IMG/VR virus record: IMGVR_UViG_3300021495_000001
Coordinates: 1 to 64,000 of that record
Origin: a virus
Length of the DNA: 64,000 bases
Direction: 5' to 3' (one strand)
Both the position numbers and the translations under genes were made by a program. The notes under the pieces are model-generated. The model saw nothing but the letters and a program-made list of their open reading frames with translations, was not told where the DNA came from and did not search any database. Of the stretch, positions 51,056 through 59,501 are shown in pieces (the stretch's first letter is position 1; each line of letters opens with the position of its first letter).

Positions 51056-51428
51056 GGATATCCTGCTGGTTTTACCCAAACGAGATAGTAGCACATATCT
51101 GACAGGAAAATATATAGGGGCTTTTGTCCCAGTAGAGGTGTCTGATAGTCTCCGCTTAACTGCGCTGGTTGAGGGTGAGACTTTGCAGGGGGTTGTACAG
51201 AGGAGGCTACAAGAGGGAAGTAATATAAAGACATCTATTGACCAGATGGTAGAGGCACTTTGTAGGACATGGGAAGAGATGCAGGGGAGGGTAAGGGTTG
51301 GGGTGTTTGAGGAGTGTATTAGATACAGGTTGGGTAGGAAGGGAATTAGCAAAAGAGTTATAGAGCAAATAGTAAGCAAGGTGAGGAAGCATTGTGAAAA
51401 AAAGAAAAAGAAAAAGCCTAACAGTTGA
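50952..51428 (+). CDS. Possible ribbon-helix-helix protein; start unresolved
   Basis: The RHH-like part (YIGAFVPVEVSDSLRLTALVEGETLQGVVQRRL) begins after the SSB stop. The only in-frame ATG (50952) lies 104 nt inside the SSB gene. Confidence 0.35.
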   Translation: MAMSLGRIVKSLMIVMIVRYLMTALNKEKKKKEDRDILLVLPKRDSSTYLTGKYIGAFVPVEVSDSLRLTALVEGETLQGVVQRRLQEGSNIKTSIDQMVEALCRTWEEMQGRVRVGVFEECIRYRLGRKGISKRVIEQIVSKVRKHCEKKKKKKPNS

Positions 51429-52443
51429 GCAAGTGAAAAAACATGCCCAACAACCTGTGGGGAAAACCCCCCAGTATGAAGGGGATATAGAAAAGATAAT
51501 TAGCACTGGATCAACTCTTTTAGACCTAGCCATTTCAGGCGGTAGGGTGCATGGAGGGGGAATACCTGCTGGGATAATGGTAGAAGTGTTTGGGCCAAGT
51601 AGCACTGGTAAGACTGTTTTGTTGTGTGAGATAGCGGGGAATGTAAAAAGGCAGGGTGGGCAGGTGATGTTCCATGACCCAGAAGCCCGCCTAAATAAAC
51701 AGTTTGCCAGGTTGTTTGGGTTAGATGTGGAGGAGATTGAGTACCAGATACCAGATACTGTCAGTGAGGTGTTTAAACCCATCAGAGAGTGGGACCCAAA
51801 ACCGAGGGGAAAAGTACATGGAATTTTTGCTGACTCATTGGCAGCACTCACTACAGAGATGGAAGAAGAGGGGAAGGACTCATATGGGATGAGACGTGCG
51901 CGGGAGTTTAGTGAGCAATGCAGGTTGACATGTAGAGAGTTAGCTAAAAAAGGCTTCCTTATGGTCTGCTCAAATCAAATCCGTCAAAATATAGATGCAG
52001 GGTCTTTTGGCCCAAAATACAAGAGCCCAGGGGGGGAGGCAATTGGCTTCTACTCTAGCCTCCGCCTGCGTTGCCTTAATGCTGAAAAGATTAAAAAAAA
52101 GAAGAGGATTGGAGGCAAGGAAGTCGTCAGAGTGGTGGGGATAAAGACAGAGGTGGAGGTGTTTAAGTCTAGTGTGTGGAAACCCTACCACACTGCACCA
52201 TTGTATATCTTATATGACTATGGGATTGATGACATCCGTGCTAATCTCCGTTTTCTTAAGTCAACACTAGGGGAAAGTGTGTATAAGGTAGGGGGGAAAG
52301 AATTGGCAAAGAGGATTGAGGAGGCAATAGCAATTGTCGAAGAGGAAGGGTTGGAAGAAGAATTAAAGAAGGAGGTAATTAAGATATGGATGGAGGTAGA
52401 GAATCAATTCACTGTCAACCGAAAACCGAAGGTGAGAGGGTAA
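51394..52443 (+). CDS. RecA/UvsX-family recombinase
   Basis: STGSTLLDLAISGGRVHGGGIPAGIMVEVFGPSSTGKTVLLCEIAG (Walker A), HDPEARLNKQFARLFGLDVEE, and Walker B IFADSLAAL. Confidence 0.7.
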   Translation: MKKRKRKSLTVEQVKKHAQQPVGKTPQYEGDIEKIISTGSTLLDLAISGGRVHGGGIPAGIMVEVFGPSSTGKTVLLCEIAGNVKRQGGQVMFHDPEARLNKQFARLFGLDVEEIEYQIPDTVSEVFKPIREWDPKPRGKVHGIFADSLAALTTEMEEEGKDSYGMRRAREFSEQCRLTCRELAKKGFLMVCSNQIRQNIDAGSFGPKYKSPGGEAIGFYSSLRLRCLNAEKIKKKKRIGGKEVVRVVGIKTEVEVFKSSVWKPYHTAPLYILYDYGIDDIRANLRFLKSTLGESVYKVGGKELAKRIEEAIAIVEEEGLEEELKKEVIKIWMEVENQFTVNRKPKVRG

Positions 52444-52634
52444 GGTATAGTTATCACCTAGCACTATTACGGATTCAGCACATAATAGATGAGATAAAAA
52501 AGACTTTGTGGGTTCTATATGAAAAAACAAATGGTACCCCTCATTGGGTTAAGGGGATAGAAGGCGTATGTGAGCAGCTTTTAAATGTCCAGAAACAGCT
52601 GGTGGAAATGGAATCAAAGATTAAAAACAAATGA
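52386..52634 (+). CDS. Hypothetical protein (overlaps recombinase 3' end by 58 nt)
   Basis: 82-aa ORF with a single ATG. Coding status uncertain. Confidence 0.3.
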   Translation: MDGGRESIHCQPKTEGERVRYSYHLALLRIQHIIDEIKKTLWVLYEKTNGTPHWVKGIEGVCEQLLNVQKQLVEMESKIKNK

Positions 52635-52999
52635 GAAAAAGAAAGATTACCCCCCAGTCTGCAAAGGCCAAAGCAAGGCGGTTACAATCTTGGGTGGCAA
52701 AACAGATAGCAAAAGTAACAGGTTTTCCTTGTGGAAAGGACAAACCAGTTGAGCCACGGCCTATGGGCCAAAGCGGGCCTGATGTCCGTCTGGAGGGACA
52801 GGTACTTAAGGTTTTTCCTTTTACAGTTGAGTGTAAATGGCAGGAGACATGGTCAATCCCAACATGGATACGACAAGTAAAGAAGAACCAGATGGAGGGG
52901 ACGGACTGGTTGTTGTTTTGTAAGAAGAATAGGGAGCGTGCAGTGGTGGTGATGGATGCAGAGAGGTTTTTTGCTTTATTCCTAAAAAAATGGAGATGA
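52631..52999 (+). CDS. PD-(D/E)xK nuclease, Holliday-junction-resolvase-like
   Basis: GQSGPDVRLEG....FPFTVECKW gives a D...E-x-K arrangement. 122 aa with a basic N-terminus, sitting next to recombination genes. Confidence 0.5.
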   Translation: MRKRKITPQSAKAKARRLQSWVAKQIAKVTGFPCGKDKPVEPRPMGQSGPDVRLEGQVLKVFPFTVECKWQETWSIPTWIRQVKKNQMEGTDWLLFCKKNRERAVVVMDAERFFALFLKKWR

Positions 53000-53007
53000 G
53001 GGGAAAA

Positions 53008-54087
53008 ATGATTAAATCTGTTACTATACAAAACTTTCAAAGCCATAAAAATACTACACTAGAGTTTTCAAAAGGGGTAAATGTCATTGTTGGGCTTTCT
53101 GATGCAGGAAAATCAGCTATCTTCCATGCAGTGAACTGGGTAATAACTAACAGGCCTCTAGGGGATGCTTTCAGAAGTGATTGGGGCGGAAAAACAAGGG
53201 TAGAGCTGACCTTAGACCCAGGTGGTAAAGTAGTACGAGAGAAAGATAAAAATAAGAACCAATACCTCATTTACCCAGCCCAAGATGATGACCCCCTAGT
53301 GTTAGAAGGGTTTGGCTCTGAGCCACCAGGAGAAGTTAATATACTTATGAACATGGACAGTATCAATATACAAAACCAAGCTGACCCACCATTCCTTCTG
53401 ATGAGTAGCCCAGGGGAGGTTGCACAAATGCTAAACAAGGCGGCCTCCATTGATGACATTGACCGAGTTACTTCCAGCCTACGAAGTACACACCGTCGGC
53501 TACAACAGGCAGACCAGACAGACCAAGAAAGACTGGAGGAATACAAAAAGGAGCTGGATAAATATGCAGAGTTGCCAAGGTTGGAAAAGGAGATAGGAAG
53601 GCTGGAGCAGCTAGAACAGGATAAGAAAGAGATGGAAAGGCAACTAACAGAACTAGATGATCTGTGTGAACAGTGGGAAGATTTGGAAGAGCAGTTGCAT
53701 AAGACAGAAGGGGTAGAACAGAGTCTAAAGTTGCTGAGCGAAGTGGAAAAGCAGGCAGAGGAATGGAGAGGGGTAAAAGGGCGATATGAGCAACTAAGAG
53801 GGTTGTATAGGGATGCTATTACATTAGAAAGAAAACTAAGGAAAATAAAGAAGATAACTATTATCACAGAGCGGTTTGAGGAGACAGAGAAAGCATATCA
53901 GGCATGGGTAGAGGTAAAAGAAGAGAGCAAAAGGTTGATGGATTTAGAAAGGAAAGGAAGACAAATCACACAAAGAATTGAGACATGTGAAAGAGAGGCA
54001 AGCAGGCTAAGTAAGGAGTTTCATGCTTTATGCCCAGATACCTGCCCACTTTGTGGTGCCCCTATGAGAGTGAAAAAAAGACATTAA
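53008..54087 (+). CDS. SbcC/Rad50-like ATPase, N-terminal half (Walker A, coiled coil, zinc hook)
   Basis: IKSVTIQNFQSHKNTTLEFSKGVNVIVGLSDAGKSAIFHAV, a long coiled coil, and a C-terminal CPDTCPLCG hook-like motif. Confidence 0.7.
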   Translation: MIKSVTIQNFQSHKNTTLEFSKGVNVIVGLSDAGKSAIFHAVNWVITNRPLGDAFRSDWGGKTRVELTLDPGGKVVREKDKNKNQYLIYPAQDDDPLVLEGFGSEPPGEVNILMNMDSINIQNQADPPFLLMSSPGEVAQMLNKAASIDDIDRVTSSLRSTHRRLQQADQTDQERLEEYKKELDKYAELPRLEKEIGRLEQLEQDKKEMERQLTELDDLCEQWEDLEEQLHKTEGVEQSLKLLSEVEKQAEEWRGVKGRYEQLRGLYRDAITLERKLRKIKKITIITERFEETEKAYQAWVEVKEESKRLMDLERKGRQITQRIETCEREASRLSKEFHALCPDTCPLCGAPMRVKKRH

Positions 54088-54124
54088 GGAAATAGGGAAG
54101 AGCGAGTATAATAATATAGAGGGG
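54083..54124 (+). promoter_or_regulatory. Conserved phage promoter element, copy 4
   Basis: ATTAAGGAAATAGGGAAGAGCGAGTATAATAATATAGAGGGG: TTAAGG at 54084-89 (its TAA is the upstream stop), 17-nt spacer, TATAAT at 54107-12. Confidence 0.55.
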
Positions 54125-54131
54125 GGTAAAT

Positions 54132-55019
54132 TTGGTAACAGCAATCTTAACAGCAGACATTCACCTTTGGGACAACCCACCATCCACCCGCATTGATGAT
54201 TTTCTAGTTGCACAAGAGAGAAAGCTCAAATTTTTAAAGGAACTTCAAGCCAAATATAAATGTCCAGTTATTGATGCAGGGGATGTGTTCAATGGATGGA
54301 AAGCATCACCGTGGGTTACCCTACTAGCCTACCATCTTTTACCTACCCCTTTTATCACCGTCCCTGGTAATCATGACCTACCTGAACACTCTATGAAGCT
54401 GTATGAGAAATCATCCTTGGCATTGTTAGAAAAGGTGAGGAAGGGAGTAGCTGTGTTAAGTAGTGGTGGGGAAGCCTGTTTGCAGGGGTATACTGTTGCT
54501 GGGTTTGCCTATGGGGAGAAGTTGGGAAGGGTGGATGGGGATATAGTTATAATCCATGATTTAGTATATCCTACAGGGAAACCTCCATGGCCTGGTGCTG
54601 AGGGGTACGAGGCTAGGAAGTTATTTGAACTGTTCCCCCATGCAAAATTAATCCTTACTGGACATAACCATACAGCTTTTGTTGAGGAACATGAGGGTAG
54701 GTTGTTAGTTAATCCTGGTTCTATGATGCGTCTGTCCATAGACAAGGCAGACTATAAACCACGGTGTTATTTGTACTATGGCAAACAAAATAGGGTTAGG
54801 GCTGTGTATTATCCGATTGAGCAGGGGGTATTTGATTTAACCCACCGTGCTGCCATGGAAGAGAGAAAAAAGAGGATGGAGGCGTATATAGAGAGGATGA
54901 ATATGGGAGTAGGGTGGGGGGTACAGTTTTCTTTTAGGGCTAATTTAGAGCAGTTTTTTAAGGAAAACAAGATACCAAGGTTAGTAAGGGAGGTAATATG
55001 GAAACATCTAGAGAGCTAG
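54132..55019 (+). CDS. SbcD/Mre11-like metallophosphoesterase nuclease (TTG start)
   Basis: ILTADIHLWD, DAGDVFN, VPGNHD, LTGHNH are calcineurin-like phosphoesterase motifs I-IV. Confidence 0.75.
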   Translation: MVTAILTADIHLWDNPPSTRIDDFLVAQERKLKFLKELQAKYKCPVIDAGDVFNGWKASPWVTLLAYHLLPTPFITVPGNHDLPEHSMKLYEKSSLALLEKVRKGVAVLSSGGEACLQGYTVAGFAYGEKLGRVDGDIVIIHDLVYPTGKPPWPGAEGYEARKLFELFPHAKLILTGHNHTAFVEEHEGRLLVNPGSMMRLSIDKADYKPRCYLYYGKQNRVRAVYYPIEQGVFDLTHRAAMEERKKRMEAYIERMNMGVGWGVQFSFRANLEQFFKENKIPRLVREVIWKHLES

Positions 55020-55255
55020 GACAAAAGTTGCTAAGGCTAAAAGAACAGTTAGAGCGAAAAAAAGCAGAGAGGACAGAGCTACAGGGTCAGTTAAAAAGTG
55101 TAATGGAAATGCTGAAGAGGCAATATGGGGTAAAGACGCTAGAAGAGGCAAGGGCGAAAATGGAAGAGCTGGAAAGGGAAGTAAGAGAGTATGAGATGGA
55201 AATTTACAAGGGGTTAGAAAAGATAGAAGAGTTGTTTAATGAGATAGAGGAGTGA
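54998..55255 (+). CDS. Coiled-coil protein
   Basis: 85 aa, entirely heptad-like (LLRLKEQLERKKAERTELQGQLKSVMEMLKRQ...). Confidence 0.45.
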   Translation: METSRELGQKLLRLKEQLERKKAERTELQGQLKSVMEMLKRQYGVKTLEEARAKMEELEREVREYEMEIYKGLEKIEELFNEIEE

Positions 55256-55259
55256 AGAG

Positions 55260-55439
55260 ATGGCTTTCAAAACAGGGGATAAAGTAAAAATTATTCCATC
55301 AAAAGTTACCAAAGTATTAAAAATAAGAGGGCTAATCGGAACAGTAAAACATGTAGGGGATGGGCAAGCAATTGTTAACATACCCAGTAAGGGGGATTAC
55401 CCTTTATTGTTCAGTGAAATAAGAAAGGTGAGAAGGTAA
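55260..55439 (+). CDS. Small KOW/SH3-like protein (59 aa)
   Basis: Manual reading: MAFKTGDKVKIIPSKVTKVLKIRGLIGTVKHVGDGQAIVNIP... TAATG coupling to the next gene. Confidence 0.4.
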   Translation: MAFKTGDKVKIIPSKVTKVLKIRGLIGTVKHVGDGQAIVNIPSKGDYPLLFSEIRKVRR

Positions 55440-56083
55440 TGGAGGAGATTACAACTGTTCGGAATAGACTAGAACAATACAAGGGAAAGAGACAACAACT
55501 GGAGCAGATGGTAGAGGAGGTCTCAAGTGAGCTGAAAGCCAGGAAAAGACTGTTGGACAGATATGAGCGGGCATTGGAGATAGTAAAAGTGGTGGGGTTG
55601 CAGACCCAGAAACAGCTTGAATATCATCTTGCTGAGCAGGTTAGTTTGGCTTTGGCTGCAGTCTTTGACTACCCGTATGAGTTCAAGGTTAGGTTTCAGG
55701 AGAAGCGGGGGAAAACTGAGGCAGAACTTCTACTGGCAAGAAATGGAATGGAAATACACTCCATGAAGTTTGTTGGGGGTGGAGTGAGGGATGTTGCATC
55801 ACTGGGATTACGGGTGGCTTACTGGGCTATGAGGCAAGATAGAAAGACAAGGCCAGTGTTTTTACTGGATGAACCTTTTGCCCACCTGAAGGGTGAGGAG
55901 GCCAATTATAGGGCATTGGCTTTATTGCAGGAGATGTCACAGAAGCTTGGTATCCAGATATTAATGGTGAGTGATGAGCGTGTTCCCCGTGAGGTTATTT
56001 CAGACACTGCTGACAGGGTGTTTGTGGTGGAGATGAGAAAAGGGGTTAGCAGGGTAAAGAAGGAGGGGAAGGAAGATGCCTAA
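55439..56083 (+). CDS. SbcC/Rad50-like ATPase, C-terminal half (signature/Walker B/D-loop)
   Basis: Coiled-coil N-terminus, then GGGVRDVASLGLRVAY (signature-like), VFLLDEPFAHL (Walker B) and ILMVSDE. Confidence 0.65.
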   Translation: MEEITTVRNRLEQYKGKRQQLEQMVEEVSSELKARKRLLDRYERALEIVKVVGLQTQKQLEYHLAEQVSLALAAVFDYPYEFKVRFQEKRGKTEAELLLARNGMEIHSMKFVGGGVRDVASLGLRVAYWAMRQDRKTRPVFLLDEPFAHLKGEEANYRALALLQEMSQKLGIQILMVSDERVPREVISDTADRVFVVEMRKGVSRVKKEGKEDA

Positions 56084-56315
56084 GATGAAACTGTATGTAT
56101 GGCCTAAAGTGGTGGCATTAAGTCAATATGATGATGGTATTGCTTTTGCCTTAGCTCCAGATAAAAAGAGCGCAGTAGATGCCGTCCTCAAAAAGTTTAA
56201 GAAGGAATCCAGATATTGGCAAGATGATTATGCACGTTTGGCTAAGGAACTTGAGGAGACAGAGCCCCTTATTGTTGAAAACATAGAAGGGTTTTGGGTA
56301 TATGGGTCAGATTAA
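56076..56315 (+). CDS. Hypothetical protein, paralog family member 3
   Basis: KLYVWPKVVALSQYDDGIAFALAPDKKSAVDAVLKKFKKE resembles the 42640 and 42854 products. Confidence 0.45.
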   Translation: MPKMKLYVWPKVVALSQYDDGIAFALAPDKKSAVDAVLKKFKKESRYWQDDYARLAKELEETEPLIVENIEGFWVYGSD

Positions 56316-56349
56316 GTTTAGGGGGGAGGCATGAAGGAGAGGTTTGAAA

Positions 56350-56553
56350 ATGAATATAGATTATAGTAGCTATGATGATAAAGGTTTGGTGAATGTGTAT
56401 ATATTTAGTTATCCTGATGATGATAATGCTACAAAGCTGGAAGGGGAGTTAAGAAAACGAGGATTGTTTGAATGGGCACACCAAATGTTTAATAAGCTAT
56501 ATGAAATATTTAATGATGAGTGGGATAAAAGAGTGAATGAGGTTAAAACATGA
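56350..56553 (+). CDS. Hypothetical small acidic protein
   Basis: ATG 56350 lies 8 nt after aaggagagg. The ORF track used TTG at 56344. Confidence 0.4.
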   Translation: MNIDYSSYDDKGLVNVYIFSYPDDDNATKLEGELRKRGLFEWAHQMFNKLYEIFNDEWDKRVNEVKT

Positions 56554-56876
56554 AGAAAGATTTAAAATACTATTTAAATTTGCCTTATACTATCAGAATA
56601 TTCAAATACATTGAATACAATGGCAAAGAATATTTTGGTGCAGAAATACCTGAGTTGCCTGGTTGTGGAGCTGAAGGTAGGACTAGAAAGGAGGCTCTAA
56701 AAAAATTACAAGAAGCAAAAAGAGCATGGATAGAAGTTAGCCTTGAAAGAGGATTGGATATTCCTGAACCAAAGAATAATGTAAACGTTGTTACTATATA
56801 TGATATTGATACTACAAATATAACAGCTAGCATTGAAATAGGCAATAATAGCAGATGCAAGAAGGCAGAAATATAA
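56550..56876 (+). CDS. HicB-like (UPF0150) antitoxin-fold protein
   Basis: YFGAEIPELPGCGAEGRTRKEALKKLQEAKRAWIEVSLERGLDIPEP matches the HicB N-domain pattern. Confidence 0.6.
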   Translation: MKKDLKYYLNLPYTIRIFKYIEYNGKEYFGAEIPELPGCGAEGRTRKEALKKLQEAKRAWIEVSLERGLDIPEPKNNVNVVTIYDIDTTNITASIEIGNNSRCKKAEI

Positions 56877-56911
56877 GAAGTTAAAGAGAGAGTATAAAAA
56901 GGGGAAATAAA

Positions 56912-57295
56912 ATGAAAAAAGATGCATTAGAAATGAGTAAAGCAATTCGTAGGGCAATTTTTGTCTATGAAGGAGCAAGATTACATGCAAGAATGCTTAA
57001 TTGTCCAGTAATTCCTGAACCTTGGAATGAACGAGAGGAAGAATTTAAGTCACAATTTATTGAGCTTGTGGATGATTTAATTACAGGGAAACGAGTATTT
57101 TCTGACCCTAGAACCGCACATGATTCTTGGATGAAGAAGTATGAAGAAATGGGATGGATATTTGGTAAAGAGTATGACCCAGACAGAAAAATACATCCAG
57201 ACCTTGTTCCCTATGAAAAATTAGACCCGAGAGAAAAGGTGAAGGATGATGTGTTTCTTACTCTAGTTAATATAGCAGGTGAATACATCTGGTAA
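56912..57295 (+). CDS. RyR-domain protein
   Basis: AHDSWMKKYEEMGWIFGKEYDPDRKIHPDLVPYEKLDPREKVKDD matches the RyR repeat pattern (W..GW.yG...d...K.hP.LvpY..L...eK). Confidence 0.65.
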   Translation: MKKDALEMSKAIRRAIFVYEGARLHARMLNCPVIPEPWNEREEEFKSQFIELVDDLITGKRVFSDPRTAHDSWMKKYEEMGWIFGKEYDPDRKIHPDLVPYEKLDPREKVKDDVFLTLVNIAGEYIW

Positions 57296-57298
57296 GCA

Positions 57299-57979
57299 AT
57301 GATTTACCCCCAACCTTCAATACAGCTTGTTGATACACCCATTGATTTGGGTACAGCAAGAATATGCTTTACTGAGAGGCAACTAGATTGGGTATTGGAA
57401 AAGAGGATTAGAGGGGAGATTGAAGAATTATGGGTGAAAATTAAATTTATCGGAATGAATACGAGAAAACATAACAAAGTGACGCTGATAAACGAGATGG
57501 TTGATAAGATTAAAAAGATGTCATTTGATGATAAATTGGCATTGATACCTAGATTGATTGAGAGTGAAACATATCTCTTTGCCATATTACTTGGTGAGCC
57601 TCAATACTATTTCAAGGAAGTTCTTTTTAATGACCCTAGAAGAAGGCATATCCGTTTTATTATTTGCAAGAGGTGCGGACAAATGCGTATTCATAAAAGT
57701 AAGGGGCTATGCGTTCATTGTTATGGATACCTCAAGCGAGACAAAAAGATTAAATATGGGATAAGAGAAGTGACAAGAGGCAATAAAGTGATTTGCACCC
57801 GTTGTAAAAGATTGAGAAAGCATCATAGTGCGGGATTATGCACAGTTTGTTATCATCATCTTAGAAGGAAAAAAGTGTGGAATAAGTATGTTGAGTTGTT
57901 AATAATTAAATTGTTAATGATTATAGGAGGCAAGAAATGGATATTGAAAAGGAATGTGACAAAATTGAAGAGGAAATAA
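57299..57979 (+). CDS. Protein with two tandem zinc-ribbon modules
   Basis: ICKRCGQMRIHKSKGLCVHCYGYLKRDKK and ICTRCKRLRKHHSAGLCTVCYHHLRRKK form an internal duplication. Confidence 0.5.
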   Translation: MIYPQPSIQLVDTPIDLGTARICFTERQLDWVLEKRIRGEIEELWVKIKFIGMNTRKHNKVTLINEMVDKIKKMSFDDKLALIPRLIESETYLFAILLGEPQYYFKEVLFNDPRRRHIRFIICKRCGQMRIHKSKGLCVHCYGYLKRDKKIKYGIREVTRGNKVICTRCKRLRKHHSAGLCTVCYHHLRRKKVWNKYVELLIIKLLMIIGGKKWILKRNVTKLKRK

Positions 57980-58155
57980 TGCAAGCTTCTGGATTAGATA
58001 ACAATCAATATTCAAATGAAGAAATTAGAAAAGAATTTGAAGAATTTAAAAAAGATATGGCTGAAATAAAAGAATTCATAGAGAATTTTGAAAAGAAATT
58101 TACACAGTTAGTAGTTGAGCTTGCTAAGAGAGAATATTATAGGAGGCAACCATGA
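57937..58155 (+). CDS. Hypothetical acidic coiled-coil protein
   Basis: 72 aa with a strong RBS (taggaggcaagaa ATG). Confidence 0.45.
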   Translation: MDIEKECDKIEEEIMQASGLDNNQYSNEEIRKEFEEFKKDMAEIKEFIENFEKKFTQLVVELAKREYYRRQP

Positions 58156-58484
58156 AAGAACTTACTAAAAAGCAGTATAATAAAATTTTGAAAGAACTTA
58201 GAGAGATTAAACAGATTATGGCTACAAAGAATGAGACTGCTAAAAACAAAGGTAATGAAAACAATAGAGAGATAAAGGACATCGTTGAAGATATAGGAGA
58301 TATTACAGACAGGATATGTGAAAGAATTGATAGTATGTGCCATAAAATGAATGAAGCTATTCTTGAAGCGTATGGTATGCCAATTTCTCCTCGGAGAAGA
58401 TGTAGAAATGTAACTCGTCCAATTTATTATAGGGAAGATGGTATCAATAGCACGAGGGCAAGAAGCACTAATTATATATATTAA
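58152..58484 (+). CDS. Hypothetical protein
   Basis: 110-aa ORF with ATGA coupling. Confidence 0.45.
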   Translation: MKELTKKQYNKILKELREIKQIMATKNETAKNKGNENNREIKDIVEDIGDITDRICERIDSMCHKMNEAILEAYGMPISPRRRCRNVTRPIYYREDGINSTRARSTNYIY

Positions 58485-58491
58485 AGAAATT

Positions 58492-58788
58492 ATGGAGGCC
58501 ATTATGAAAGAAATTATCTCACGCCAACTTAAATGGCAGAGGAAAATGTTGGAAGAGGGCAGGTGTATCATCTGTGGAAAACCTGCTATTCCAAAAAGTA
58601 AATATTGCGTGAGGTGTTGGCTAAATCAATACATAAGATATGCTAGCAGAAGGAAAAAGCCTGTAAAGTTTAAAAATTCAAAAACTGTTAGGGCATTGCA
58701 GTTGCTTGTAAATGAAGATTGGGAGAGGAAAAATAAAGTTGAGTATAGACCTTTTTCACCCATTACAGAATACGGGCTCGGACAATAG
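58492..58788 (+). CDS. Zinc-ribbon protein (start 58492 or 58504)
   Basis: CIICGKPAIPKSKYCVRCW. The ORF-track start at 58438 overlaps the upstream gene. Confidence 0.4.
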   Translation: MEAIMKEIISRQLKWQRKMLEEGRCIICGKPAIPKSKYCVRCWLNQYIRYASRRKKPVKFKNSKTVRALQLLVNEDWERKNKVEYRPFSPITEYGLGQ

Positions 58789-58801
58789 AGAGGAATTGAA
58801 A

Positions 58802-58981
58802 ATGAAAAAAAGAGCATTAATTTGGGAAAAAGATTTTAATCTTGGCTTGTGGTTTATAACTAAAGAGGTAAAAGTTATAGAGGAAACGCCAAGAGCGGTA
58901 AAGATAAAGAAATTTATAGGAAGTAAATGGATACCCAAAAGAGGATTTGGTTTAAGAGTGGAGATGATAAAAAATGAGTAA
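58802..58981 (+). CDS. Hypothetical small protein
   Basis: Start is set at MKKRALIWEKDF after agagagga. 59 aa. Confidence 0.35.
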   Translation: MKKRALIWEKDFNLGLWFITKEVKVIEETPRAVKIKKFIGSKWIPKRGFGLRVEMIKNE

Positions 58982-59501
58982 GTATCATGGAAAGGAACTT
59001 AGATTATTTATCTCAAATAAAGAAGGCAAAGAATTATTTGAATGGGCTGATAAACTTAGCCCTACTCTTGCTGAAAAAGTTAAAAGTGCAGTTGCCCGTG
59101 CTTTATCTGGATGCTCTAATGGGTCTTTCCTTTGGAATGTTTTTTATTATTACCAGTGTGATGCTGAAAGAGTAAGGGAAGGATTAAGGGAACAATACAA
59201 AGAAAAAGGCACAATAGAAATGGGGAAGCGATGGGGATTTGATTATCATACAATACAAGAAGGACTTAAAGAATTAGGCATTGAAATTAAACCCAGAATA
59301 TACAACAACGCACCATATGGATTAGCAAGCGAGGCATTTGAGAAATATGGTGGGATAGAAGCAGTTTTGAAACAATATAGTGTAACAAAATTCAGTAAAA
59401 TTTGTAAACTCTCCGTTTCTTGTTTATTACAATATTTAAATAAACAGGGGTATTATTATGATAGAGAAGAGAGAAGATGGAAAATTAAATCTAATAAATA
59501 A
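58974..59501 (+). CDS. Hypothetical protein
   Basis: 175-aa ORF. Confidence 0.45.
   Translation: MSKYHGKELRLFISNKEGKELFEWADKLSPTLAEKVKSAVARALSGCSNGSFLWNVFYYYQCDAERVREGLREQYKEKGTIEMGKRWGFDYHTIQEGLKELGIEIKPRIYNNAPYGLASEAFEKYGGIEAVLKQYSVTKFSKICKLSVSCLLQYLNKQGYYYDREERRWKIKSNK

Noticed and set aside
53271-53867. Minus-strand 198-aa Ser/Cys-rich ORF; similarly 50726..51379 (217 aa), 51207..51851 (214 aa) and 30961..31437 (158 aa)
   Set aside because: All lie antisense to well-supported plus-strand genes (SbcC-N, SSB, RecA-like, SNF2). Their compositions are low-complexity and typical of the reverse complement of Glu/Lys-rich coding sequence.
56344-56876. Complete HicAB toxin-antitoxin pair
   Set aside because: Only the HicB-like partner is recognisable. 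The upstream small ORF is acidic and lacks the basic dsRBD-like HicA pattern, so no toxin-antitoxin call is made.
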